Shown in pieces: positions 19,678 to 29,453 of a DNA stretch of 64,000 nucleotides (positions are counted from its first letter, which is position 1; each line of letters starts with the position of its first letter). The DNA is from an uncultured Bacteroidales bacterium (lineage in GTDB: Bacteria; Bacteroidota; Bacteroidia; Bacteroidales; WCHB1-69), in assembly GCA_946186495.1 (NCBI GenBank), contig CAMHNQ010000004.1, positions 12,739-76,738 of the forward strand, read 5' to 3'. Under the pieces are notes generated by a model. The model searched no databases and was not told the DNA's origin. It saw nothing but the letters and a program-made list of their open reading frames with translations. Made by a program: the position numbers and the translations under genes.

Positions 19678-20613
19678 TCAGAACTCCCAGAGGTCATTCT
19701 CGAAAGTACGCAGTTTGTCCGTGATTTTTTCGGATTCGATGCGTTGGTCGCGGGAGTTGGCGATATATTCCGCGATGTCGCGGTCGTACACGTTGGATTC
19801 TTTGTATATCAGACTGGAGAAATCGCGTTTCCAAGTGATTAGGTCATCGAACGAGAGGCGGGCTGCATTGTTTTTCACATTGAAGACCTCCTGTTTGGCC
19901 AAGAACGGGCGCAATTCACTATAATAGATATAGCCCAGTCTTTTCTTGGTCTTTGTGGCTTCCACAGCCTCCTCGTCAGGCTCCTCATCATAATAGGAAT
20001 TATTGGCAGTTTGACGCTCATATTCGATAATAGGCTCAATCTCAAGGATCTGAACTCTAAAAGTAGAATATTGTTTGTCGAAATACCAAACTTCCTTGAT
20101 ACGATATGAGATGATTTCCTTGGGTTCGAACTGCTGGATGAGTTCTTTCGTGCCAATCACTTCGCCCTCCTCATCAATATCATCGATGGTAGAGGTTTGG
20201 GTGACGATACCTTGCAGTTCCTCACGTGAGTACGGCGTCGTGCACATCTCGTCAGAATAGATGGGGAGCACGCCGTCGGTACGCTCGGGGTTGAAGATAT
20301 CTATGGCATCGAAAATCGTCTGACCGAGACTTCTCCAGGTGCCGCGCGTTTCCGTGGGGAAATAGAGCGGGTGGTTGATTTTCTCGCGCAAATCGATGGT
20401 ACGCCAAATAGTCCAATAGTACATCACGTCAGCCTGGCGGACAGGCGGGAAAGCGATGGGCTCGGCAAAGTCGCCGACATTGACCTGTTCCCAAACCGTC
20501 TCCACCGGTTTGCGTACAGGCTGATCCAGGGTGCTGCCCTCAACTTCGTCGTCCTGTGCGAAAGCGAAGCAGGCGGCCAGCAAAACCATTGATAATAAAG
20601 TGAACTTTTTCAT
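19678..20613 (-). CDS. gldN: T9SS/gliding motility protein GldN (PorN)
   Basis: Signal peptide plus the PPVRQADVMYYWTIWRTIDLREKINHPLYFP motif. It is the last gene of the porP-K-L-M-N cluster. Confidence 0.85.
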   Translation of the reverse strand: MKKFTLLSMVLLAACFAFAQDDEVEGSTLDQPVRKPVETVWEQVNVGDFAEPIAFPPVRQADVMYYWTIWRTIDLREKINHPLYFPTETRGTWRSLGQTIFDAIDIFNPERTDGVLPIYSDEMCTTPYSREELQGIVTQTSTIDDIDEEGEVIGTKELIQQFEPKEIISYRIKEVWYFDKQYSTFRVQILEIEPIIEYERQTANNSYYDEEPDEEAVEATKTKKRLGYIYYSELRPFLAKQEVFNVKNNAARLSFDDLITWKRDFSSLIYKESNVYDRDIAEYIANSRDQRIESEKITDKLRTFENDLWEF

Positions 20614-20630
20614 AATTGTATTTTTTTAGA

Positions 20631-22244
20631 TTATCTGATACGGACGGAGAACTCATCCAACGTACGGGAACCGGCCTCCGAGGAGACCTTGATGTCACTG
20701 AAATAGACAACCGTGTTGGCAGGAGCTTTTTGGATGGCAGACTTGGCCTTGTCGCTCAGCGAACCACCCTGACAAACGATAGCGGGTTCCTCCATGCCCT
20801 TGCTCACAAGGATGACGCGGAATGAAGAAACCGACCATTTGAGATCGTACACGAAGTCGTCACCCATAGTGGCGCGGATGATCGGGTTGGCGAGCAGTTC
20901 GGCCTTGGAGCGTTTACCTCCACGGATGCCGGCGCCAAGGACACCACGCGGGTCCGGAACACGTTTCACGCGGAACGTCGTGCTGCCCAGGGTCTTTGTC
21001 GATTCACCCACTTTCGCGGCCACGGTAGCCGTGACAGTCTTACCGATCAGGGACGTAGGGACATTCACATTGAATTTGCCCGCGCCTTGGGAAGCGGCAT
21101 TACAACCGGGGAACGAGACGCTCAGCTTGTCGGCAGCCACAGGTCCGGAGACGGACACCGGGTTGGCGATACCTGCATAAAGCACGTTCATCTTGTCGGC
21201 GGCAATGGTAGCAGACGGAGACAGCACCGTATATTTGTCCTTGAAAGGATAGTATCTCGGCTGTCCATTGGGATCCATAATCTTGATCAAACCGGCATAT
21301 CTTTGCTCACCCGTACCACTGGTACCGATTTTCAGTTTCACGAGGCCATTCTCACCCTCGATTTTGGTGGCACTGCCAAGGCCTGCCTCGGTCAGCGTGT
21401 CGGCACCCATCTTGTACCAGACCTCGGGGGTGGACTTGCTGTCGTATGCAGCCACGATAATGTCAGCCTCGTAGGGATCGCCGGAGAACACCATCTGGGA
21501 CTTCGGGATGGAGCGGCCGTTGACCTGGTCGAACTTGAAGTCGTCGGCACTGATAGAGGCTTTCAGGTAGTTGAGCATCATGGACTCGGCATTCTTCACC
21601 TCGCCGATCATCTTGTTCAGCAGGGTGACGGAAGCGGCAGCGATGATATGATCGAAGTTGTGTTCCTCCCATGAAACGGTGTTCATGTCAGAGGTGTAAG
21701 TGGCGTCCACATTCAGGCCCAAGCCTTCCTCCAAACGTTTTTGATCTTCTTTTTTGGCTAATTTGAGGATATTGGCTTTGTACTTCTTGATTTCATCTTT
21801 CAGCTTTTTAGCGTTGCCATTGTTAATCATGAAATCAGTAGGGACGTCGAAGTTGTCCTTTTTATCGATTGTGGCCACTGTCTTGAGCATCTTCTTCCCG
21901 TCAATTTCCACCAAGGAGTCACCATCAACAGCGAAAATAAGGTCGTTACGCATCTTTTCGATATATTTCACCATAGCGTCAGACTCCTTTTTCAGGATCT
22001 GGGCTTTGCCGTAGGCTTCGTCGACCTTAGCACCCAGAATAGTTTTCTGGCCGATAAACCATTGATAGTCATTGGCGTTCTGGTTGGCCGCAATATTGGT
22101 AGATGTCACCAAAGTGTCATCCACGACCACGAAGGCATTCAGAATTTCCGCAGAAACGTTCAAAGCCAACATGGCGGTGTACACCAGGTACATCATCTGA
22201 ATCATTTTCTGTCTCGGGGTTTCCGGACAATTTGTTGCACCCAT
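20631..22244 (-). CDS. gldM: T9SS/gliding motility protein GldM (PorM)
   Basis: The N-terminus ...PRQKMIQMMYLVYTAMLALNVS is the GldM signature TM helix. 537 aa. Confidence 0.9.
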   Translation of the reverse strand: MGATNCPETPRQKMIQMMYLVYTAMLALNVSAEILNAFVVVDDTLVTSTNIAANQNANDYQWFIGQKTILGAKVDEAYGKAQILKKESDAMVKYIEKMRNDLIFAVDGDSLVEIDGKKMLKTVATIDKKDNFDVPTDFMINNGNAKKLKDEIKKYKANILKLAKKEDQKRLEEGLGLNVDATYTSDMNTVSWEEHNFDHIIAAASVTLLNKMIGEVKNAESMMLNYLKASISADDFKFDQVNGRSIPKSQMVFSGDPYEADIIVAAYDSKSTPEVWYKMGADTLTEAGLGSATKIEGENGLVKLKIGTSGTGEQRYAGLIKIMDPNGQPRYYPFKDKYTVLSPSATIAADKMNVLYAGIANPVSVSGPVAADKLSVSFPGCNAASQGAGKFNVNVPTSLIGKTVTATVAAKVGESTKTLGSTTFRVKRVPDPRGVLGAGIRGGKRSKAELLANPIIRATMGDDFVYDLKWSVSSFRVILVSKGMEEPAIVCQGGSLSDKAKSAIQKAPANTVVYFSDIKVSSEAGSRTLDEFSVRIR

Positions 22245-22300
22245 ATCTCAATAATTAATTGCGTTAGAATTTTGGTGAATGGACTAAATACTAAGGGAAA

Positions 22301-23047
22301 TTATTTCATAGCTGCGAGCATGTTACCATAAACATTGCTCAGCTTAGAGATATTGGCGGTCAGCTTGTCCATCTCCGCCTTGAAGCTGTTGGTCTGGGCC
22401 ATGGACTTGGCGGTCTGGTCGTAAGCAACAGCCAACTGGGAGACAGCCGTGGTGGCTTTCTTGACGCTCTCGATGTAGGCAGCAGTGACGCCACCGTCCG
22501 TTTCGAGGGAAGAAGCAACCTTGTCATATTTCAGGGTCAGGTTACGGACAGACTCGGAAGCCTTCTGCAGGTTTGCGGTATAGTTGTCGGTGGAGACAAC
22601 AGCGTCGGAGACACCTGCCAGTTTGTGTGCATTGTCGCTCAGGTTACGCATTCCGGAGGCGAGGCTTTCCATCAGTTCGGGGCCGATCTTCGCTTCCTCA
22701 AGCATCTTGTCGAGGGCTTGGGTGGTGGACAGAGCATCATTCTTGACTTGCTGTTTCTTTTCACGACGGGATTTCTTCTCAGTTTCCTCGAGTTCAATGT
22801 CAGTGCCTGTGGCTAATTCGGGATAAACCAAAGCCCAGTTGTACTCAACATGGAGGGGTTCGAACGCGGAGAAGAAGAAAATGATAGCCTCCGTAAACAT
22901 ACCCACCATCAACATGATGTTGGCGAACGGCCAGTGAAGGATTTTGAACAAAGCACCGACAATAACGATTGCGGCACCCCAGCCATAAAGTTTCGCCATA
23001 GTGTTTTTGTACACTTTTGATCTGACAAATTGATCCAGTTTACTCAT
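22301..23047 (-). CDS. gldL: T9SS/gliding motility protein GldL (PorL)
   Basis: KLYGWGAAIVIVGALFKILHWPFANIMLMVGMFTEAIIFFFSAFEP gives two TM helices with the conserved Glu. Confidence 0.9.
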   Translation of the reverse strand: MSKLDQFVRSKVYKNTMAKLYGWGAAIVIVGALFKILHWPFANIMLMVGMFTEAIIFFFSAFEPLHVEYNWALVYPELATGTDIELEETEKKSRREKKQQVKNDALSTTQALDKMLEEAKIGPELMESLASGMRNLSDNAHKLAGVSDAVVSTDNYTANLQKASESVRNLTLKYDKVASSLETDGGVTAAYIESVKKATTAVSQLAVAYDQTAKSMAQTNSFKAEMDKLTANISKLSNVYGNMLAAMK

Positions 23048-23109
23048 TTGTTTAATTTTTTAAGTTAATGATTTATGTTTATAAAAAGAATTTGCTTGCT
23101 TTGTCGTTT

Positions 23110-24549
23110 TTAGTAGACATGAGACGCGCTCTTGCTGTTGTTGTCACCGCGCTGACGACCCATGAAGGACTGGACATTCCGGAAGCCGACATAGGACTTA
23201 CAGGTATCCTGATACTCATAGGTTCTCGCGAAGACGGTAGTGTAGTAGCTGACATCCTTCCAGGAGCCGCCGCGAATCACCTTTCTCTTCTTCACCGGGG
23301 AGTCGTCCTTGGTGGCGTAATAGACATAGGTCGGGTTCATGTCGTGGGTGAAGTTGGTGGCGGATTCGTCGAAGGCGTCCTCGCACCATTCAGCCACGTT
23401 GCCGCTCATGTCGAACAAGCCCCAGTCGTTGGGATGGTAGTGTGCCACGATGCCAGGATAGAAGTTGTCATCGGCGATATAGTTACCGCGTTGCGGTTTG
23501 AAGTTGCTCAGGAAACATCCGTTGCGGTTGGTGGTGTAGGGACCGCCCCAGGGATAGGACTGCAGGGCCAGTCCGCCGCGGGCTGCCCATTCCCACTCAG
23601 ACTCGGTGGGGAGGCGGAACTCATGCTCAAAAGCGTACTCCTTGCCGGACAGCCACGACATGCGCAGGGCGGTTCTCCAGCTTGAGAAAGCCTTTGCCTG
23701 ACGCCAACTCACGCCGACAACCGGGTAATTGTCAAACTGCGGGTTGCTGAAGTAATTCAGGATCATCGGCTCGTTGTAGGAATAGACAAAGTCATGGGCC
23801 CAGCAGAGGGTGTCGGGATAGATGTTCACCACCTCATGCTTGATGAAGCGCTGCCATCCGTTGCCCTGGCTACTCGGGCGGTTCGCGTAGATGCCGCCCA
23901 GGTCGCTGCCCTCTTTGTCGAACTCCTTATAGGAGGCCCCGAAATTGTCGGGGTTCTTGGGATCGCGGTAGTTGCGATAGTCAATCCACCAGTACTCGTA
24001 ATTGAGCATGGAGACGTTCAGGCGGTTTGCGCTATAGTGGTAGTAGCGGGTATTCAGTTTGCTGAACAGCGGGGAGAGCGCGGACTGGACCTCCTCGTTC
24101 TCGGAATCCCACGGGATTTTCTCCTTCCAGTTGATCACTTTGGGCTCGATGACTTCGCCCTCGTTCTCGCCCTTGGTGTATTTCAGGTAGTGGCCGTATT
24201 TCTCCTCGTCGGTGATTTCAGCGTCACCGAGAAGGGTATGAGCGATGGAGTCGCGCACCCAATAGACGAACTGGCGGTACTCGTTGTTGGTGATTTCCGT
24301 CTCGTCCATCCAAACGGCAGCCACCGTCACGTTTCTGGACTGCTGGGTGAGCGCGAAGGGGACATCCTGGTCGCCGCCGCCCATCAAATAGTGGCCTGTG
24401 GGGACATACACCATCCCATAAGGTTCCAAATCCAGAAATTCGGGACGGTCCTTGACGCCGACGAGCTGACCGTCACCGCCATTTTTACACGACACCATCA
24501 ATAAAAATGCCGCTGATAGAAAAATGATTACCCGTTTCATATTGTTCAA
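23110..24549 (-). CDS. gldK: T9SS/gliding motility lipoprotein GldK (PorK), FGE/SUMF1-fold
   Basis: Lipobox LMVSC. RGGSW, WEWAARGG and NVAEWC are FGE-sulfatase-type motifs. The start may be the Met 3 codons downstream. Confidence 0.9.
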   Translation of the reverse strand: MNNMKRVIIFLSAAFLLMVSCKNGGDGQLVGVKDRPEFLDLEPYGMVYVPTGHYLMGGGDQDVPFALTQQSRNVTVAAVWMDETEITNNEYRQFVYWVRDSIAHTLLGDAEITDEEKYGHYLKYTKGENEGEVIEPKVINWKEKIPWDSENEEVQSALSPLFSKLNTRYYHYSANRLNVSMLNYEYWWIDYRNYRDPKNPDNFGASYKEFDKEGSDLGGIYANRPSSQGNGWQRFIKHEVVNIYPDTLCWAHDFVYSYNEPMILNYFSNPQFDNYPVVGVSWRQAKAFSSWRTALRMSWLSGKEYAFEHEFRLPTESEWEWAARGGLALQSYPWGGPYTTNRNGCFLSNFKPQRGNYIADDNFYPGIVAHYHPNDWGLFDMSGNVAEWCEDAFDESATNFTHDMNPTYVYYATKDDSPVKKRKVIRGGSWKDVSYYTTVFARTYEYQDTCKSYVGFRNVQSFMGRQRGDNNSKSASHVY

Positions 24550-24591
24550 TTTTATGATTTCAATATAGTTGTTAACGCTTATGTGTTAATT

Positions 24592-25638
24592 TTAGTATCT
24601 GTTCTTGTAAATATGTCTGGAGTTGCCGTATCCGGAGAAGACTTCTGGCTTGTAGATGTCGAAACAATAGCGGACCACAACCTCCACATCGCCGAAGCTG
24701 CGGTGTTTCTTGTAACCCAATGAATTGGAGGTAATACTATAGGAGACACCGAGATCCAGCCCTTTCAGATAAATGTTGGAGGAGTTGTAGAAGGGGCGCG
24801 CGCCGAAGGCGATGGAAACGGCATCCTGGAAGCGATAGCCGAGACCGCCCCAATAGACCCCGTTATAGCGTGCCAAAGCCAGAATCTCCCACTGGTAGGT
24901 CTTGAAGTCTGTCTTCACCATAGCCTGCGGAATGAGTTCCCAGTTCGGGTTGAAAGGCATCACCCAGGTGTAACCGCCATGAAGATAGAGCTGTGAGGAG
25001 CGGCGCGGGCCAAAGTCGCCCGACACGCGTAGGGCCTGCTTCTTGTCGAACAGGGCGGCAATCTGCGTCCAACCCAAACCCACATACCATTGGTCTGTCT
25101 TATATAAGAGACCAAAGTTGAAATCTATATCAAGCGTTGACTCAGAGAGTTGTTGAAGCACAGGGTCTCCCTCCACAATGGGCCTGAACGAGGCTTTGTC
25201 TATGGACTGGTTGAAAAGCGAGGCCTGGAGGCCGATGCCGAGATGGCCGCCGCCCACTCGCATCTTGTAGGCATAGCCGAGCTTCACGCCCGTGTTGCTG
25301 TAGAAGCCTATGCGGTCGTGAACCAACGTCACGCCTATGGAACCGTGAAGCTTTCGTAGATAGGATTCGATACTGAAAAGGAAGTCCTGTGGCGCCGTGT
25401 GCAATGCAGTGTCATTGTTTATGGCCGTTGAAGGCAAGTCGCCCCATCCCAAATACTTATTGCTGTAATCGGCCGTGAAACACAACGTATTGTTCTGCTC
25501 GCCTATACCGCCTGCATTATAGTAGGACGTCACCCATGGGAAAAAGGTAAATTGCGCATCATCTTGAGCAAAACCTGACATCATCGCAGACATTGCCAAG
25601 ACCACCAACAGACTCACTTTTTGTATATGCTTCCTCAT
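24592..25638 (-). CDS. porP: PorP/SprF family T9SS outer-membrane protein
   Basis: Signal peptide, then QDDAQFTFFPWVTSYYNAGGIG (SprF N-terminal motif). It sits directly upstream of gldK. Confidence 0.8.
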   Translation of the reverse strand: MRKHIQKVSLLVVLAMSAMMSGFAQDDAQFTFFPWVTSYYNAGGIGEQNNTLCFTADYSNKYLGWGDLPSTAINNDTALHTAPQDFLFSIESYLRKLHGSIGVTLVHDRIGFYSNTGVKLGYAYKMRVGGGHLGIGLQASLFNQSIDKASFRPIVEGDPVLQQLSESTLDIDFNFGLLYKTDQWYVGLGWTQIAALFDKKQALRVSGDFGPRRSSQLYLHGGYTWVMPFNPNWELIPQAMVKTDFKTYQWEILALARYNGVYWGGLGYRFQDAVSIAFGARPFYNSSNIYLKGLDLGVSYSITSNSLGYKKHRSFGDVEVVVRYCFDIYKPEVFSGYGNSRHIYKNRY

Positions 25639-25789
25639 ATTCTACTATGATAATTATTACAATTAATAAGCTGACTATTAGTATATTACGCAATCATTTC
25701 GACTTGTTTTAACGCATATTTCCTATTATATACGACTCCTCTTTTCAAAAAGTTACACAATACACTTTTAGCCTAATTTTTTGAAGTGC

Positions 25790-25797
25790 CAAAAATA
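25790..25797 (-). promoter_or_regulatory. -7 promoter motif TATTTTTG, candidate promoter of the porP-gldKLMN operon
   Basis: CAAAAATA on the + strand in an AT-rich 290-bp gap, 152 nt upstream of the porP ATG. Confidence 0.3.
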
Positions 25798-25928
25798 GCA
25801 TATTTTTTTATACCGTGACTCGTAAATTCACAATTTCCGAAAAAATAAACTCAACTTATCAACAATATTCTGAAAATCAGATGATTACAACTAAAGATAA
25901 TGATATATATCTGTATATGAGCAATTTA

Positions 25929-28900
25929 TCAAAAAATCGCATTCACCGTGACACTCCCTGTATGTATGACCGGATGATGTTGAATTGCCCTGCCCTGATA
26001 CTGAAAAGCGAGTTGGAGAAATGAGGTCACCGCAATCTGACCCGTCACCGTCCAAAGCAGATTTTGCCCCATGCCGACTCCCTCCAGCATGAAATAGGAG
26101 ACCGTTGAATTCTGTCCGGCATCACCGTTCATATATATATATTCAGCTGATATGGAAGCTGTCCCGCGATTAAGCATTCGATAGGTGAACGACAGCTCTG
26201 CCTGGCATTTCCGTAAATGTTCAGTAGCGTTTAGATTGACTTTCCGGACATACATCCCTTTCAGGGCGGCAGTTATGCGGTTCCTAAACTGCAGGCGCAC
26301 CTCCTGGCCCAAGGAATAGGCCTCAACTTTGTAGTTGCGTGAATCGAAACAGGTGGAGACGTTGTCAGTAACCCTGTGGGCGAGGGTGGTCTGCAAGTAC
26401 AGCAGCGTGACCGGCGTGCTTTTCAACTGCAACTCCTGCAAACCGACGTCGTTGGTTTCAAGGCCGTAATAGAGGAACTGCGTGTTGGTGTTTTTCTGCA
26501 GCACAAGGTCGAAAGCGAACGGCGAACCGCTGTTATTGAAAGAAAGAGTGTTCGAAAGATTCAAACGGTCAGACACCAGGCCTGTGTCCTCCCCTCTTTT
26601 GGCGAACGGAATGAACATTCGCGTCTTATGCTTCAAAGAGGCATTGAGTGTCAATACATTGGAAAATCGGGAGAGGAACTTCAAAAAGCCTTTTTTCCCG
26701 GCCCAAACAGCTGCCGGGCGCAACTGGAAGCTCTGATTCCACTGGCTCTGATAGACATTAACATAATCCGTGCCGGGAATCCAGACCTTCACGTATAAGG
26801 CCTCATCCGGGAAAGCGGCTACCTCGAACTCGTCTAATTCCTCAATTCCGTTTCCGTTATAGTCGTTCCACACGTGCGTGCCATGACCGGCCGCAACTTT
26901 GACAAACGTGTAAGTCTTCTTCAATTCCATGGCACTTCCCGTCTCATAGTATGTATTGACCACCAATGCATTACGGAAAAACCTACCTGTATATTGCAGA
27001 TTTCCAACGAAATAATGTTCTGGTTTACCAGTCGAAGAATCAGCCAACGACTGGTTACGATAGACGGCATTCATTGTCAGGCTCTGGTTGTTGACTTGCG
27101 CGAAACGATACTGAACATTGGCCTCGTGTATCACAAGATGCAAGCGCAAGCGGAGGGTATCAGGGGTCAGCTCCACTCTGTTCTTATACCCGAAAAGGAA
27201 TTGATGTCTTGCTTTTTCCGGACTTTGCAACGAGGCGGTTGCTTCGTTAAAGGCATAACTGTTTCGTCGGACAGATTCGTTGAACACATCCCTGAACAGG
27301 TTATATTCGAGAAGATTACCGACTCGGACAGTAAAATGTTTCATCATCTTGGAAAGTTGAAAACGCGAGACGAGGTAGCGGCTTTTCTGGATCGAGTCAC
27401 GCTTCAGCAGGAAGCTTGAGCGGGACTGCAGCCTCCAGTTCCGCCAATGGTCGTCAGTGGTGAGTTCGTTGCGAAGGGCCACCGCCTCGCCGACGCGAGA
27501 AAGGTAGTTGAGATTGTAGTCTATTCGATGAAGGTCTGCTTTTTGCAACGCGATTCCCGCCCGAAGTACCCATTCCGAACGCCCTGCGGAATAATCGGTA
27601 GCCAGGTTGTAGTTTCTGGCGAACTCCACCTCGCGAAAAGACTCAAATGGAGCGAAATATTTATGGATGAATTGCAACTGCGCATGGCTGCCCAAAGTCC
27701 ATGAGAGCGAATCTCGGAGTGATGCAAAACGTTCCAAATCACTAATATTCAACAAATAAGCAAAACCAATATCGTCACTGCGATCCTTTTTTGAGAAAGT
27801 GTTACGGTCTAAGTGCGTCATCGCGAATTCCGATTGGAGACGCGTATTGTCGCGGACGGAAAGATCAAATCCCAAGGTAGCCATCTGCTGGGAAGTTGGG
27901 GGCACCAATTGCAGAACTGGCTCATAATCCCCTTGCGGAACACCATCTACAGGGGCAACCCAAGCAAAGACACGACCGTTTTCCGTGCTGCTCGACAACT
28001 TGTAGTTTCCCCGTTGAACTCCAATATAGGTAAAGTCCGGACTATACAATACCGCATCAGGATTATTGGAATGTATATATATTGTATATATATTATTTAG
28101 GTGTACAGTATCAACTTTTTCATACAGAATTCTTTCGGGAGAATAGGAAACCGTATCAGTAAAGGGATAATAGGCAACCTCGCCCCCATCGCCGAAATTA
28201 GCGAGGAAGCGCATATTGTCATGAGTGAGTTCCGGTTGAATGGATTGGTTTTTCAAATCCTGTTCATGGAAAAAATTCAAGTATAGCTTCAGGGGATGTT
28301 TGCCATCAATTTCCAACACGTTGTTGGTAAAGAGATTATATCTTGAATAATAGCGGTTAGTATATTCAAACTCCACAATGACGCGTTTCTCAGCTGTCAA
28401 CAGCATTTTCGGCGTGAAAGTGATTTCGGCCGTGTTATAGTCAATGGTATAGTCATAATCGGCACCTCGCATGACCTGCTGTCCATCCACATACACTCTC
28501 TCGGAACCGGCCACCATGATAATGGAGACTTCGCCCTCTGCGCCGAACAGCTTGTATGGACCCTGGACACCGTTTCGGACGGAGAGTGTTTGCCGTGCGA
28601 ACTTTCCCTTGGCTATGCCACCGCCCGCCTGATTGAGCATTTTAACCCCTTTAGCCGGCAGGGAACTCGCCTTAGCGGAGAGTCCCAGCATATTGCGCGA
28701 GACGCGAAGGAAAGGGTCGTCTGGGGAGGCCCAGGCGATGTCCCCCGCTGTAACTGTCGCTATATTTTTGATTTTCAACGATATAAAGATATTACTAATA
28801 TCTTGGAGCAATTGTGTGTTCCCCTCGGGCTGAATCGGCACATTCTTATCGGAAACAGAGGCTGCCAACTCCACATCTTCGGAGAGTTTCCCCGAAATCT

Positions 28901-29375
28901 GCAAGTTCAGGGAGGAGTTGAGCACCAAGTCCTGGTTATTCCCGACCGTGACGCCACGGGAGATAGCGCCATTCGTATATAACTCATTGTCTTTTAAAAT
29001 GTTATGGATTGACATCACGTGTTGGTCGCCGAGTTGGTGCCTGGCAGGCACAGGTTCAATCATCCGAGAGGACTTGTGCGCAACGGGCCGCGAAAAGTCG
29101 ATCGCATAGGTTTGATATTGCAGGAAAAGCCGTTTTCCCAAAAGACTGGAATCGAGAATATAGAGTGTTGCGGCAAGGGGGTCGAGGCGGTATTGGCTTC
29201 TGTTAACATCCTGAATATACAAGCTTTGCGGGGAAACAGAGAGTGTATCGAACTTCAATATGACGGAATCGGCGTCGACATGGCGGAGACGCCACTCCCC
29301 CGCGCCCTGAGCTTGAAGACGGCTACAGCAGGGCAGTGCAAGGGACATCAGAATGAGAAGCCGAAATTTCCTCAT
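25929..29375 (-). CDS. Large (about 1,148 aa) predicted outer-membrane beta-barrel protein, family not recognised
   Basis: Signal peptide MRKFRLLILMSLALPCCSRLQAQ (start moved 16 codons downstream of the listed ORF). The C-terminal half shows long alternating-hydrophobicity strands. The terminal residue is Phe (...SVTVNAIF). Confidence 0.5.
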   Translation of the reverse strand: MRKFRLLILMSLALPCCSRLQAQGAGEWRLRHVDADSVILKFDTLSVSPQSLYIQDVNRSQYRLDPLAATLYILDSSLLGKRLFLQYQTYAIDFSRPVAHKSSRMIEPVPARHQLGDQHVMSIHNILKDNELYTNGAISRGVTVGNNQDLVLNSSLNLQISGKLSEDVELAASVSDKNVPIQPEGNTQLLQDISNIFISLKIKNIATVTAGDIAWASPDDPFLRVSRNMLGLSAKASSLPAKGVKMLNQAGGGIAKGKFARQTLSVRNGVQGPYKLFGAEGEVSIIMVAGSERVYVDGQQVMRGADYDYTIDYNTAEITFTPKMLLTAEKRVIVEFEYTNRYYSRYNLFTNNVLEIDGKHPLKLYLNFFHEQDLKNQSIQPELTHDNMRFLANFGDGGEVAYYPFTDTVSYSPERILYEKVDTVHLNNIYTIYIHSNNPDAVLYSPDFTYIGVQRGNYKLSSSTENGRVFAWVAPVDGVPQGDYEPVLQLVPPTSQQMATLGFDLSVRDNTRLQSEFAMTHLDRNTFSKKDRSDDIGFAYLLNISDLERFASLRDSLSWTLGSHAQLQFIHKYFAPFESFREVEFARNYNLATDYSAGRSEWVLRAGIALQKADLHRIDYNLNYLSRVGEAVALRNELTTDDHWRNWRLQSRSSFLLKRDSIQKSRYLVSRFQLSKMMKHFTVRVGNLLEYNLFRDVFNESVRRNSYAFNEATASLQSPEKARHQFLFGYKNRVELTPDTLRLRLHLVIHEANVQYRFAQVNNQSLTMNAVYRNQSLADSSTGKPEHYFVGNLQYTGRFFRNALVVNTYYETGSAMELKKTYTFVKVAAGHGTHVWNDYNGNGIEELDEFEVAAFPDEALYVKVWIPGTDYVNVYQSQWNQSFQLRPAAVWAGKKGFLKFLSRFSNVLTLNASLKHKTRMFIPFAKRGEDTGLVSDRLNLSNTLSFNNSGSPFAFDLVLQKNTNTQFLYYGLETNDVGLQELQLKSTPVTLLYLQTTLAHRVTDNVSTCFDSRNYKVEAYSLGQEVRLQFRNRITAALKGMYVRKVNLNATEHLRKCQAELSFTYRMLNRGTASISAEYIYMNGDAGQNSTVSYFMLEGVGMGQNLLWTVTGQIAVTSFLQLAFQYQGRAIQHHPVIHTGSVTVNAIF

Positions 29376-29400
29376 GAAAAATAATCGCAAATAAATGCGG

Positions 29401-29408
29401 CAAAGATA
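29401..29408 (-). promoter_or_regulatory. -7 promoter motif TATCTTTG for the large OMP gene
   Basis: CAAAGATA on the + strand, 26 nt upstream of the ATG at 29375. Confidence 0.4.
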
Positions 29409-29429
29409 ACTCTCTTTTCTCAAATTTCG

Positions 29430-29437
29430 TATTTTTG
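29430..29437 (+). promoter_or_regulatory. -7 promoter motif TATTTTTG for the transketolase-subunit / sigma-factor genes
   Basis: Exact TAnnTTTG. It is only 17 nt before the ATG at 29454 and 41 nt before the alternative ATG at 29478. Confidence 0.4.
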
Positions 29438-29453
29438 CCGCAAATTTTTTGGC

